Positions 36,547 to 46,184 of a stretch of 64,000 nt of DNA are shown piece after piece. The translations under genes and the position numbers were made by a program. Under the pieces are notes generated by a model, which was given only the letters and a program-made list of their open reading frames with translations, had not been told where the DNA came from and ran no database searches. Each line of letters opens with the position of its first letter. Positions within the stretch are counted from its first letter, which is position 1. Location of the stretch: positions 1 to 64,000 of IMG/VR virus record IMGVR_UViG_3300015371_000016; one strand, 5' to 3'. The DNA comes from a virus.

Positions 36547-38037
36547 TTATCTCGAACTAGCCAATTTGAAGCTAGGTGGCTTAAGCCCAGCCGCCATTCC
36601 GTTGGCGCCCTGGCCGCCCTGGTCCATAAGCAAGCTCTTCTGTTGCGCATCCTGCATATCCTGCGCATGCGCGGCAAGGGCCTCGGTATCCAGAGAAAGC
36701 GTGCCCTGGAAGATCAGCTCAGCTTTATTGACCTCGCTTTGCAGCCACTCGGTCAGCCGAGCCTTATTCTCGGGATCTAAGCTGCCATCGTTCAGTAGCT
36801 GGTAAAGCGCCAGCGCCGCCTTCATCTTTGTATCCTCAACCTTCACCTTCTCGCTGTCGGGCTCTTGGATCAGCGAAGGCCACTCGGCCGTGAAGTTATT
36901 CTGCCATGTCTGCAACGCTGAGGCGTAGCGGACGTTGCCATATTCCTGCGGATACTCCTGCTGGATGCCTCGATAGAATTCTTCGTTCCAGGCACGGTGT
37001 TGGACGATGTTGGTCAGCCACTCATAGACCGGGTCCATGCTCTCGCGGAAGCCGTCCACAAAGCGAGCAATCACCTTGGCATCCTCGGTGCCCTCGCCGA
37101 AGCCCTCGACCATCGTTTCGTTCTCTAGCAGGATCGCCGGCAGAGCCGCACCGGTCGCTAGATTCTTGAGAATATTATTCCTCGCGAATGTGCCGGCGCC
37201 GTCGATATTCGTTAGATTGAGCGAAGAGATATCTTCGTCCACGCCGATCGACAACACGTTGTCCGTGCGGCCCTCTTGCAGCATCGATCGCTTGCGAGCG
37301 AATATGTTGATCATCCCTCTATTAGCGATACCACCGGGTGCCTGCATCTTTGCGATCAGCAGTCCCGCTTTCCGGGCGATCATGTCGTCGGTGATCATGC
37401 AGTGCAGGTAGCTCTTGAGCGGATAAAGCACCCGCTGAAAAACCGATCTTCCCGTGAATCCGAACGCGCTGCCGGTATACGATATATACAGCGGCTCCTC
37501 GTTCATCACCACACACGTGCGGCTGGGATGGTAGGTCTCACCCTGCGTCGTTACCTGCATCGCCTTTTGGAACAGTGGCGAATTCGGGTCCTGGTCGAGC
37601 ATTAGGCTGCCGGCGGTATTCAGCGGATCGAGCACGTTCAGGAATATGCTGTCCGTCGCTAGAGTCCCTACTTCCAACGGTGCCGTCGCTGGCTTGCCCT
37701 CGATGCCTAGCACCACCGAAGAAAGGCCGTAGATGCGCGACTGCTTGATGACGTTCGCGATGACCTTGTCGGCCTTCATCGCACGCCACTGTTTCTGGAA
37801 TGCCTCGGCTACTCGCTCGGGCGCGCCTGAGACGGTGATCTCTCGGTCCTGGCTCTGTGCGAGCTGGATCGGCGCTTCGACCATCTTGGCGCCGATCGGA
37901 TGATACAGATAGATCAGCTTGCAGAGCTGGTAGCTCACGTCGCTGCCGGGCAGGATATCGTCAGCGGTCAGTATCTGCATCAGCGCCGGCCCGACATTGG
38001 AGCCGACGACCGAGATCGATGCTCCGCTACCGCTCAT
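36547..38037 (-). CDS. Portal protein (DUF1073-like)
   Basis: SYQLCKLIYLYHPIG...DPLNTAGS...FGFTGRSV...GFGEGTEDAK; follows TerL. Confidence 0.85.
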   Translation of the reverse strand: MSGSGASISVVGSNVGPALMQILTADDILPGSDVSYQLCKLIYLYHPIGAKMVEAPIQLAQSQDREITVSGAPERVAEAFQKQWRAMKADKVIANVIKQSRIYGLSSVVLGIEGKPATAPLEVGTLATDSIFLNVLDPLNTAGSLMLDQDPNSPLFQKAMQVTTQGETYHPSRTCVVMNEEPLYISYTGSAFGFTGRSVFQRVLYPLKSYLHCMITDDMIARKAGLLIAKMQAPGGIANRGMINIFARKRSMLQEGRTDNVLSIGVDEDISSLNLTNIDGAGTFARNNILKNLATGAALPAILLENETMVEGFGEGTEDAKVIARFVDGFRESMDPVYEWLTNIVQHRAWNEEFYRGIQQEYPQEYGNVRYASALQTWQNNFTAEWPSLIQEPDSEKVKVEDTKMKAALALYQLLNDGSLDPENKARLTEWLQSEVNKAELIFQGTLSLDTEALAAHAQDMQDAQQKSLLMDQGGQGANGMAAGLKPPSFKLASSR

Positions 38038-38038
38038 G

Positions 38039-39376
38039 TCAGAACCCCTTAGCGTCACCCAGCGCGCAGGCTATGCCGTAGCAAAAAGCGTCGAGCAGAT
38101 CGTCTTCGCGATTGTCGATCCCTACTCTGTAACCGACCACTTGGCCGAGAAGATGGTTCCGGCTGGTCTCATTATATATGAGTGTGCGATCATAGGCCGG
38201 GCCGGATATCTTGACCTCGCCACGGTGCACGTAGCCGCTCACTGAGACCGCCCTGGCGTCCTTCCCTAGTGCCACAAGCTGGCTGTCGATCGGATCGGCC
38301 GGCAGACCTCGGCGCCTTGCTTGCTGGAGCAGGATCGTGCCTGAGCCCTTGTCCTCGATGTAAGCGCCCGTCGCACCGAAGCGCGCGTGGCACTGTCTCG
38401 CCAGCTCTTCCATGCGCTGGTAGACACCCGGCAGCCAGACTTCGAGCAGCGAGCCTTCCACCTTAATAATATCGTAGTCCAGGATTATCAGCGGCGTGCC
38501 GACATGCTGGCTGCGAGCCCAGTAGATCACCGCTGTGCCGTCGTGCTGGCTTCTGTCCTTCAGCGCGGTATCGATCGTGCAGAAGACCAGATCACAGAAG
38601 GACGGGTAATCGACCGGCCTGTCGTTATCGAGCAGCGCAGGCAGCGGAAAGAACGCTGCTCCGCTAAAGTCCACGAACTCAGCGAGGTACTCTTGCTGAT
38701 AGACCAGCGGATGCGTCTCCGCCTCGATCTGCCGAAGCTCCTCTCTGGGCATGTAGGGATTAGCGCTGGTAGGCGCGTGATACTCGACGAAGCCCATGTC
38801 CGCGTTATTGCAGAGCTGCCAAAGGAAATTGTCTGGATCGATCCCGTTGGTGTTCGACAGCGCGATACAAGAACCGCGATAGTCCACTAGGGTCGGCCGT
38901 ATCGCCTTCCGCCAAATGTCCCTCATGTTCGACTTGGCGAAGGCCGCTTCGTCGATGACGACCTGATGGTAGCGTCGTGACCGGCCCGCCCGCTCATTCT
39001 CTAGCGACCAGAAATCTATGCGGCCGCCCGCATTGGTCCTGATCAGTCCGTCGTTCCTCGATGCCCTGGTGACACAGGGAGCCAACATTGTCGCCAGCTC
39101 AGAATATGCCTCGGCGATGAACTTATACTCCGGCGCGAACCATCCGACGAATTTACCGCGCAAGGCTGCGTCGGCCGCTATCGTCTGTCCTAATAGGGTC
39201 TTGCCCCACCGCCTGCCGCATCGGACGACCTTGAACCTCCCTGGCATTTGGAAGGCACGAATCTGATCTTCGTGAAGGACGGGCAAATATACTTCCCGAG
39301 TGGAACCGTCCGAGCTGCTGCCGCCTCTGTTGTATGGTAGCTCAACTCGGAAGACTTGCTCCGTTTCCTCGGTCAT
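38039..39376 (-). CDS. terL: Terminase large subunit
   Basis: Walker A CGRRWGKT, Walker B VVIDEAAF, nuclease motifs IDTA and DDLLDA. Confidence 0.95.
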   Translation of the reverse strand: MTEETEQVFRVELPYNRGGSSSDGSTREVYLPVLHEDQIRAFQMPGRFKVVRCGRRWGKTLLGQTIAADAALRGKFVGWFAPEYKFIAEAYSELATMLAPCVTRASRNDGLIRTNAGGRIDFWSLENERAGRSRRYHQVVIDEAAFAKSNMRDIWRKAIRPTLVDYRGSCIALSNTNGIDPDNFLWQLCNNADMGFVEYHAPTSANPYMPREELRQIEAETHPLVYQQEYLAEFVDFSGAAFFPLPALLDNDRPVDYPSFCDLVFCTIDTALKDRSQHDGTAVIYWARSQHVGTPLIILDYDIIKVEGSLLEVWLPGVYQRMEELARQCHARFGATGAYIEDKGSGTILLQQARRRGLPADPIDSQLVALGKDARAVSVSGYVHRGEVKISGPAYDRTLIYNETSRNHLLGQVVGYRVGIDNREDDLLDAFCYGIACALGDAKGF

Positions 39377-39812
39377 GTCCGTTGCTCTGCTCTTCTTCCT
39401 CTTCGTCGGCACCGATCTGCGGCTGGTGATAGACCGTAGCCGGCAGACCGCCATGGATCACGATCGTCGTGGTTCCGGGCTGGCTCGATCCTAACGGTAG
39501 GCTAGGATCGTCGGACACTGGCTGCACCTTCCATTCCGGCCCACCGAACAGACACATCCAGTATTTAATCGCATTTACGTTGCCGGATATACCTGCCCGG
39601 ATCAAGGCAGCGATCAGCGTCGCTTTGACGGTCTCCCTTCCGCCGTTCAAGTCCTCTCGGAAGTATTTATAGAGCGTCTTCACCGTGATGCCGCCAGACG
39701 ATCTGCGCACCACATTAGCGATCACGCCATGGCTTATTCCGTGCGACGATAGCGTCTGCACCAAAAATCGTTCTTCTGGTGTGGGCTCGAAAGTAACTCC
39801 GCGACGGGCCAT
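39342..39812 (-). CDS. terS: Terminase small subunit
   Basis: HTH-like IANVV...VKTLYKYFREDL...GNVNAIKYW; directly upstream of TerL. Confidence 0.75.
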   Translation of the reverse strand: MARRGVTFEPTPEERFLVQTLSSHGISHGVIANVVRRSSGGITVKTLYKYFREDLNGGRETVKATLIAALIRAGISGNVNAIKYWMCLFGGPEWKVQPVSDDPSLPLGSSQPGTTTIVIHGGLPATVYHQPQIGADEEEEEQSNGHDRGNGASLPS

Positions 39813-39843
39813 GCGCTATTCCTTATTCATGCAAGAGTCTGAA

Positions 39844-40197
39844 TTATCGCGCACGATCAAAGCGCGGGACGAAGAGGAACGTGTGTCCCTTACAAGGCCG
39901 GAAGCGGATTACTCGCGGATTAGCCAATACGAACCCATAAGGTCCAGTGAACCAGGGTGACGGGTGCCCGGTGACGCAATCGACAAGTTCGACCGAGCCG
40001 ATAATACCGCCTCGCTGATCAGGACAATCTTTCTCCCACAACTTCCATGTGGCCGGATCCACGTCTCGGTGCCACGCTTGGCCCGCGTGTATCCACACCC
40101 GACCACGGAAGGCGGTCTGCCACGTCCGATTCTCGACGGTCTTTATCCCGCTGATGATTAGCCCTGCATAGGGCTGTCTGATCGATATCGCCTTCAC
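39844..40197 (-). CDS. ASCH-domain protein
   Basis: AISIRQPYAGLIISGIKTVENR...IHAG. Confidence 0.9.
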   Translation of the reverse strand: MKAISIRQPYAGLIISGIKTVENRTWQTAFRGRVWIHAGQAWHRDVDPATWKLWEKDCPDQRGGIIGSVELVDCVTGHPSPWFTGPYGFVLANPRVIRFRPCKGHTFLFVPRFDRAR

Positions 40198-40241
40198 TTG
40201 GGATATATTCCTGCCACGGCCAGTCGGACATAGCCGGTCTC

Positions 40242-41354
40242 CTATTTAATCAGCGCCTTGGCGACATCGCGGTCTTCCATGATCGGTCCGCAATAGGAGA
40301 AGATGGCGGAAGGTCTGCCGCCAAACGCGCCGCGTGGCACCGCTTCGGCCATGGACGGTTCGAGATTCTTCTTGGTCATTCCGGGCTTCTGTTCGAGCCG
40401 CCAGCGTGGTGATTTATCGAAGGCCCGCGTGATCGCCGGATGACTGCTGGGCGTCCGGTATCTGTAGCCGCAAGCACGAAAGGCGGAGGCCACGGTGTCT
40501 GTCAGGGCGAAGGCCAGACCGAGGCCCTGGAAGTCGGGTAGGGTGACCATGCGGGAGCCACGATACAGATCGTCGGCCTTCTGGTGCGGCTGGTGCAGCA
40601 CAGCGAGGAACGACGCCGGCCGACCATTTGCACAGAGAACGAAGCATTTGGCGGCCTGATGCAGCGACGAGTTCAGATAGTGAAAGCGAGCGAAGGTGTG
40701 CCATACTTGATGGGCAACACGATTGACTGTGCACGGGATGTCAGGTCTTCGTTGAACCGACCTCCAGCGGAAGGTCATGGTGGCCGGCTCCAATACCCAG
40801 TCCGGCTGCAACCAGTCTTCCAGATCGTAGTGACAGGTGGCGGCTACGAATTTCTTGCCCTGCCGCCTGATATATTTCTGCACCGCGTGCGCGCCGATCT
40901 GTGCGACCTGACGATCGACCACCGAAGTGAATTCGTCGCAGACAATATTGTCGTCCGATTGCAGCAGTCGCCGACCGAGGTCAACGCGGAAGCGCTCACC
41001 GTTTGACAGCACACCGTAGGGCCTCAGCCACGCTGGAATTGTATTGAAGCCGACCGCTTGGCAAATGCCGGTTATATCTTCGATGGAATATTCGCTAGGG
41101 AAGTCATCGATCACCGAAGCAGCATGCCATTCGAACTGGCGCGGTGCGCCGAAGCAGCGATTGAGTATCGTGCTCTTGCCTGATCCCGAAGGCCCGACGA
41201 TCAGTCCGATATTCCAGTCCCTGTCCTCGATGGGTAGGTTTCCGTGCCATTCGATGTGTGCTCGTTCGCTAGGCGGCACATCGAACATCGAGGAGACCTG
41301 AGCGACCCGGATGCTGTCGCTTATCGGCGTGTCAACGGCGATATCTATTTCCAT
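40242..41354 (-). CDS. ABC-type ATPase fused to GNAT/Mom-like acetyltransferase
   Basis: GPSGSGKS, LSNGE, CDEF; FHYL...RMVTLPDFQGLGLA acetyl-CoA motif. Confidence 0.85.
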   Translation of the reverse strand: MEIDIAVDTPISDSIRVAQVSSMFDVPPSERAHIEWHGNLPIEDRDWNIGLIVGPSGSGKSTILNRCFGAPRQFEWHAASVIDDFPSEYSIEDITGICQAVGFNTIPAWLRPYGVLSNGERFRVDLGRRLLQSDDNIVCDEFTSVVDRQVAQIGAHAVQKYIRRQGKKFVAATCHYDLEDWLQPDWVLEPATMTFRWRSVQRRPDIPCTVNRVAHQVWHTFARFHYLNSSLHQAAKCFVLCANGRPASFLAVLHQPHQKADDLYRGSRMVTLPDFQGLGLAFALTDTVASAFRACGYRYRTPSSHPAITRAFDKSPRWRLEQKPGMTKKNLEPSMAEAVPRGAFGGRPSAIFSYCGPIMEDRDVAKALIK

Positions 41355-41359
41355 GGCGT

Positions 41360-42013
41360 TCAGAGAATTAACGGTCGGGCCGGTAATTTACGATCTCGCA
41401 TCTCTTGCAGCAATTGCGCTTGATGGACTTCACCCTCACATTCGATGATCACCTGATATTTCAATCCGCTAGTGAGCTTCGACTCTGCTTGCTGTGTCGT
41501 GCCGAGCAGACCTTCGAGCTGCACATCGGAAAAGCCCGTCAGTCCTAGATCGAAGCCATCGAGCGATAGATCACGGACTTCGAGCTGAAGAAGCTCCCGA
41601 TCCCAGGCGGCGTCCTCGGCGATGCGATTGTCCGCCAGGGCATATGCGCGCTGCTCTGTTTTGGTCAGATGGGAAAGGTCCACGGTGGGCGCCATCGAGG
41701 CATCAGCGTTATTAGCGATCGGCTCCTTGTCCTCTGCCATGGCGACGGCGGCAGCATATCGAGCATGGCCCGCGATGATTTTGCGTCCGCTTCCGATCAG
41801 AATGGGATTCGTCCATCCGTAGCGCGCAAGCGACGCCCTGATCTTCTTTATCTGTTCGCTACCGTGGCGACGTGCATTGCGCTTGTCTGGCACGAGGTCG
41901 CGCAACGGCAGGGATTGTATATGCAGATGATCGATCATTCGCACCATATTTCGCTGGGCAATCGTTTGGCTAGCCAAAGGCAGCGTGCGGCTCGTTCGGC
42001 TAGCCGAAGACAC
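41360..42013 (-). CDS. ParB/Srx-like protein; start probably ~41938-41947
   Basis: NARRH...GWTNPILI...IIAGHARY...AYALADNR. Confidence 0.85.
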   Translation of the reverse strand: MSSASRTSRTLPLASQTIAQRNMVRMIDHLHIQSLPLRDLVPDKRNARRHGSEQIKKIRASLARYGWTNPILIGSGRKIIAGHARYAAAVAMAEDKEPIANNADASMAPTVDLSHLTKTEQRAYALADNRIAEDAAWDRELLQLEVRDLSLDGFDLGLTGFSDVQLEGLLGTTQQAESKLTSGLKYQVIIECEGEVHQAQLLQEMRDRKLPARPLIL

Positions 42014-42052
42014 GCTTGGGAACTCATTGATTTTGTTCGCTATTTATTCGGA

Positions 42053-42100
42053 TTGACACTCCTAGCCCGTGTCCTACGCTTTTATTTACGTTCTTTGACA
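42053..42100 (+). promoter_or_regulatory. Putative sigma70 early promoter and boxA-like site
   Basis: TTGACA-16 nt-TACGCT, then CGTTCTTTGACA at 42089-42100. Confidence 0.55.
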
Positions 42101-42508
42101 GATGCATCCGAACAGCGCAGCGCTTCGATCGATCGATCGCGGCCCGTGTGCGGGAAACGTCTCGATGACGAATCCGCATAGCAACACGTCTCAATGACGA
42201 CGCTAATACACGATACCGTTGCGCAATCTATGCTGTTCGATTCTGTCCGCTCTTTCGCTGTCGGTGTATACGCTTCTGTTTACCACATCACTGTGAGGGT
42301 CTGCCGTTTCGGGGCCGCCCGGATGGGCCACATGATGTCCGAACAGAGGGTATATACGATCAGGGCGCATCGCGCGCTATGCAGATCAGCACGATACACA
42401 ATTGAATCAGCAGCCCTACTCTACCCCAGCGCATAAGCACGGGATGGGTAGGACTTGGTGTGTTCCTCCTCTGGAAAGCGCGTGTAGCCCATTAGGGCGG
42501 GATTGCGC

Positions 42509-42584
42509 GCTTGTAATGCAGCAGGACCGGTCCCAAGCCCGGCGCCGCAGGGTTTCCCCCCCAAGCGGAATGCAGAGGGAAACG
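42509..42584 (+). ncRNA. Twister ribozyme 1 (P1 weak)
   Basis: TAA TGC AGC..CCGG TCCCAAGC CCGG..P5..GCA GAGGG. Confidence 0.75.
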
Positions 42585-42594
42585 AACCAAACTT

Positions 42595-42627
42595 GCGGCG
42601 GGCGCTCCGGCGTCCGTCGCTCTTTTT
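42595..42627 (+). terminator. Intrinsic terminator-like hairpin
   Basis: GCGGCGGGCGC-TCCG-GCGTCCGTCGC-TCTTTTT. Confidence 0.6.
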
Positions 42628-42658
42628 CCTGAAGAGACCCACAGAGGAGCACCGCTTT

Positions 42659-42925
42659 ATGAAGGGAATAATTCCGTATGCCCACGACAATATCCGCGGG
42701 AGTCGCGACCAGCCATGCGGGTTCGTCTATCTAGCGGAAAACGGTCACGGCATCGGACGCATCGGCTACGCTTACACGTCGTCTCTAGAGATTTTCAACT
42801 GCAAGGAAACTCCCAACGGAGTCAATATCGACGTGCTCCATCGTGTCCGTAGATATATCAAGCAGCAGTTTCCGCATTTGCCGAGAGAGCGTGACTTTAT
42901 GACGCAGTTACGGGATCAACCCTGA
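42659..42925 (+). CDS. Hypothetical early protein
   Basis: ATG after ACAGAGGAGCAC; MKGIIPYAHD... Confidence 0.55.
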   Translation: MKGIIPYAHDNIRGSRDQPCGFVYLAENGHGIGRIGYAYTSSLEIFNCKETPNGVNIDVLHRVRRYIKQQFPHLPRERDFMTQLRDQP

Positions 42926-42955
42926 CGACACCAGCGCGCTGTGACAGCGGCGCGC

Positions 42956-43005
42956 GCGGTCTGCGGATACTCTCCGCACTGAAGAGGCCACGAGGCCGAA
43001 ACCGC
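42956..43005 (+). ncRNA. Type III hammerhead ribozyme
   Basis: GCGG-TC / TGCGGA-tactc-TCCGCA / CTGAAGA / GGCC-acga-GGCC / GAAA / CCGC; predicted cleavage after C42961. Confidence 0.9.
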
Positions 43006-43029
43006 ACAGTGCATACAGAGGAACACCAA

Positions 43030-43293
43030 ATGTCGAAGATCATGGACCTACCGCAGGCAGTCAAGCGCGGATATCTACTGGCATGCCGGCCTCAAGGAGT
43101 CACACGAGCGCAGCTTACCAGTGAACTCGACAGCCAAATCGGCTGGAAGCGATATCTTGAGCGTATGGCAAAGTCAGACGCGCGCAGGCTTCTCAAGCCA
43201 AAGAAAAGCGACGACGGCTCCGTTCTATACCGTGTTGTTGGTCACAAAGCCGCAGCAAGCAGGGTCGGAGTAATGCGAAAGGTGGCTCGATAA
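43030..43293 (+). CDS. Small basic DNA-binding-like protein
   Basis: MSKIMDL...; similar to the C-terminus of 43324..43839. Confidence 0.6.
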   Translation: MSKIMDLPQAVKRGYLLACRPQGVTRAQLTSELDSQIGWKRYLERMAKSDARRLLKPKKSDDGSVLYRVVGHKAAASRVGVMRKVAR

Positions 43294-43323
43294 TCTTGGA
43301 ATACAAAAAGGGAAACGGGCACT

Positions 43324-43839
43324 ATGTCCTCGTCGCACTTTAGAAGCATGAACCAGCTTCGGTCAATGAATTGGGATAGCAAAGAGGCCGCAATCAAGGA
43401 ACTTAAGCGCAATGGCTTTGCTCCTCACGGAGAAGACTACACCATTGCCGAAGTTTCGGACGGTCATTACCAGATCGTTGATCGTGCTAATTCGTCAGAC
43501 GGCCACCAACAAGCAGCACGTAAAGAGCCGACAAAGAAAGCGGCCCCTTCTTCAAAGAAGGAAGTCGCGAAGAAGGAAGTCGCGAAGAAGGAAGCTCCGA
43601 AGAAGCAAGCGGAGCCTTCTTCTAAGAAGGGACCAGCTCCTCGCCAAATGTCCGCGTGGACCAAGCAAGCGCTGGAGATGGCAAAGAGCCCAAACGGAGC
43701 TAAGCGTGCTAAGCTTAACGAGCTTCGTGCCAATATCGGCTGGAAATCCTATCTAGCTCGCATTGGCAAAAAAGATGGTCTCGTGATGGTCGTCACTAAA
43801 GACGACGAAGGATTAGTCTACGCTCTAGTAAAGCGGTGA
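43324..43839 (+). CDS. Lys-rich histone-like protein
   Basis: KKEVAKKEVAKKEAPKK repeats plus a C-terminal domain. Confidence 0.65.
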   Translation: MSSSHFRSMNQLRSMNWDSKEAAIKELKRNGFAPHGEDYTIAEVSDGHYQIVDRANSSDGHQQAARKEPTKKAAPSSKKEVAKKEVAKKEAPKKQAEPSSKKGPAPRQMSAWTKQALEMAKSPNGAKRAKLNELRANIGWKSYLARIGKKDGLVMVVTKDDEGLVYALVKR

Positions 43840-43843
43840 TTTT

Positions 43844-43917
43844 TGTCGAAACACACGAGCGCCGAAGCGTTCGTGTGTCGCTGGGAGATGCCCTACCCAG
43901 CCTGAAGAGACAGGGCA
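43844..43917 (+). ncRNA. Type II hammerhead ribozyme with pseudoknot
   Basis: TGTC GAAA [stem III] TC GCTGGG-agaTGCCCta-CCCAGC CTGAAGA GACA GGGCA; predicted cleavage after C43879. Confidence 0.9.
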
Positions 43918-43934
43918 CTACAGAGGAACACCAC

Positions 43935-44228
43935 ATGACAAAGACAAACCCCAATAGACACCGAGCGGCCTTGTCCTATATCGAGGCGGTTAACGACCAG
44001 TTGCTCGATCTAGTGGCGCCGATCGAATGCTTGAGTAGCTTCGAAGCCGTGTCACCAGACGAGCTGGAGGCGCTGAAGAAGTGCACCAGCGATCTTCTAT
44101 CGGTCGTGACCATCCTTCGCTCTGTCCAGAGCTATCACGAGCGCAAGCAACGCGCCTCCTCGATAGTCGTCACCACTTCGTCGCAGGATATAGCGCGGGA
44201 GCGGCGAACGCGAGCCGGAGGAAGATGA
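43935..44228 (+). CDS. Hypothetical early protein
   Basis: ATG after ACAGAGGAACAC (MTKTNPNRH). Confidence 0.55.
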   Translation: MTKTNPNRHRAALSYIEAVNDQLLDLVAPIECLSSFEAVSPDELEALKKCTSDLLSVVTILRSVQSYHERKQRASSIVVTTSSQDIARERRTRAGGR

Positions 44229-44765
44229 TCCCGTATTTGCTTGTATTCTGGTTCCTCTTGCCTGTGTCACAGGCAGGAGACCCGCCTGTAAGCGAAACAA
44301 TGATCATCGAGATGTCGTCTAAGGAGCAGTGCGAACGTGCACAACGAGAACTGAACAAGCGTGAAGACTGTGTGGCGGTATGCCACAAGGTCCGCTCGTG
44401 AGATGGTTCACTCTGTGCAGCGTAATGGCGTGGACGATCAGCCTGACCTTCCAGCCCATTAAGCTAATCGCTGCACAGCTCGCGGCGCTGTCTGTTATGT
44501 TTATTGTTGGAACGAGACCGATCATGGGACCGGCGCACGAATTCCGCCGCGCCCTCAGAGAGGGAGTTAATGATGTCTCACGTATGCTCCTCAGAGCACG
44601 AACCGCGGTGGCTGATCGATGCTCGTGGAATAGAGTGCTGTCTGGTGTGCGATCTCTGCGAAGCGGAGAAGCGAAGGCAATACCGCCCGGAGATATTCAC
44701 TGATCCTGACTATGATCACTATGAAGAACTCTAGCGATTCAGGAAGCGGGGCTTCGGCCCCGCTG

Positions 44766-44827
44766 GCTTAATGCAGGAGTGCCGGTCGCAACCCCGGCCA
44801 CCGCATCGTGCGGGATGCAGAGCGAGC
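44766..44827 (+). ncRNA. Twister ribozyme 2
   Basis: GCT TAA TGC AGG..CCGG TCGCAACC CCGG..GCA GAGCG AGC; both pseudoknots covary relative to the other copies. Confidence 0.9.
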
Positions 44828-44841
44828 ACAGAGGAGCACCA

Positions 44842-45321
44842 ATGGCTAGAGCAATCGTGATCGATGCCGAGAAGCGCGAGCTGCGCTATATCGAGATACC
44901 AGACGGGTCCAATAGCCTTCCTATACTGCGCGACATTGTCGATGGATGGATCAGCGTCGCATATACGTGGAACGACAAGGATGTACTTTATGTGGATGAC
45001 GAAGGACTAATGAAAGGCCGAGAGCATTACTTCCGACTTTTCGATCGCACTGATGGCCAACCACTCGCGGGCAATGGCGTTATCCTCGGTGAGGAAGTGA
45101 TCGACGAAGAAGGCGACTTCGTGAATTACCTCGACACGCGACTGACCATCGAATTCCTTTCTAGTCGCGTTCAATTCTTGACTAAGCAACAAGCAATCGC
45201 GTGGTTCAAAGGCAACGCTTCAGAGCCGATGATCACGGTCACCACGATTGATGCTGACAAGATCAAAACCGAAGTCATCGCCCGATATGCGATTTTGATT
45301 CCCGAAGATGACGATGATTGA
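44842..45321 (+). CDS. DUF3846-like protein
   Basis: LRDIVDGWI...LYVDDEGL...LAGNGVILG. Confidence 0.65.
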   Translation: MARAIVIDAEKRELRYIEIPDGSNSLPILRDIVDGWISVAYTWNDKDVLYVDDEGLMKGREHYFRLFDRTDGQPLAGNGVILGEEVIDEEGDFVNYLDTRLTIEFLSSRVQFLTKQQAIAWFKGNASEPMITVTTIDADKIKTEVIARYAILIPEDDDD

Positions 45322-45348
45322 GAATCTACCGCGCCGCTTCGGTGGTGC

Positions 45349-45403
45349 GGACTTAATGCAGCCAACGGCGGTTCCAAGCCCGCGTGTAATGCAGAGGAAG
45401 CCC
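45349..45403 (+). ncRNA. Twister ribozyme 3
   Basis: CT TAA TGC AGC..GCGG TTCCAAGC CCGC..GCA GAGGA AG. Confidence 0.85.
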
Positions 45404-45422
45404 CTTACAGAGGAAACACCAC

Positions 45423-45659
45423 ATGAAGGAAGACTTACTGCAAGCTTCCGCTCGTAGAAAAGCGGCGGCCATGGAGCTGTTCAACAGTCCACGTGGTCGA
45501 TATCTACTAGGACAGGCCCTAGCGCTTGCCGTCAAAAGCATGCGCTCCGAACGCTATCCGGAGACCTCGAACATCGCGGACATGGAGCTGCTCGGCAACG
45601 AGATATTCGCGTTCGGCTATCGCCTAGAACTAGTGAAAGGGACACGCGCAACATGCTGA
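45423..45659 (+). CDS. Hypothetical early protein
   Basis: RBS motif followed by ORF. Confidence 0.55.
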   Translation: MKEDLLQASARRKAAAMELFNSPRGRYLLGQALALAVKSMRSERYPETSNIADMELLGNEIFAFGYRLELVKGTRATC

Positions 45660-46075
45660 TCATGTACCACTCGATGGATATCACTGATCTCGCACTAGCT
45701 GCTGCCCTTACCGGCGGCCCTAATCCTAATAGGGCCTATCTCGCCTACGATCTATTCCTCAAAGGCTACTACGAAGCGGTCGCCGGCACTAACGCTGAGC
45801 CGAACTTTATCGGTCAACTGAAGCTGCTTAAGATCACACAAAACAAGCGAGGCAAGTCCTGGTCTCGCTATCGTCACAAGAGCCTTCTGGTCAACGATCC
45901 GGTGCGCGCTGTGCTCGGCATACGAGAATCACAAACAGGCGACGTGATCGAGGAACAGAACAGTCGGGGCGTCATCAAGATGCGCTGGGTAGTCGATCTG
46001 ATCAAAGCACCCGAAGACGATCCTGTTTCGTGGATGGTCGGCTTCACGCCGATGCCCGGAGACTATTCCCACTGA
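45653..46075 (+). CDS. Hypothetical early protein
   Basis: Coupled ORF. Confidence 0.55.
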   Translation: MLIMYHSMDITDLALAAALTGGPNPNRAYLAYDLFLKGYYEAVAGTNAEPNFIGQLKLLKITQNKRGKSWSRYRHKSLLVNDPVRAVLGIRESQTGDVIEEQNSRGVIKMRWVVDLIKAPEDDPVSWMVGFTPMPGDYSH

Positions 46076-46102
46076 TTGAAGTCGGCGGGATTCCTTCTCG
46101 CC

Positions 46103-46160
46103 GATTTAATGCGGCCACCCATAGGGTGTCGGTCCCAAGCCCGGACAAACGCAGAGGGTC
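46103..46160 (+). ncRNA. Twister ribozyme 4 (with P3; P1 weak)
   Basis: TAA TGC GGC CACCC-ata-GGGTG TCGG TCCCAAGC CCGG..GCA GAGGG. Confidence 0.8.
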
Positions 46161-46184
46161 CTTCCATACAGAGGAAACATCACT

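Noticed and set aside
42629-42640. CTGAAGAGACCC as a third hammerhead
   Set aside because: The core is present, but I found no matching GAAA with stems I-III; at most a remnant.
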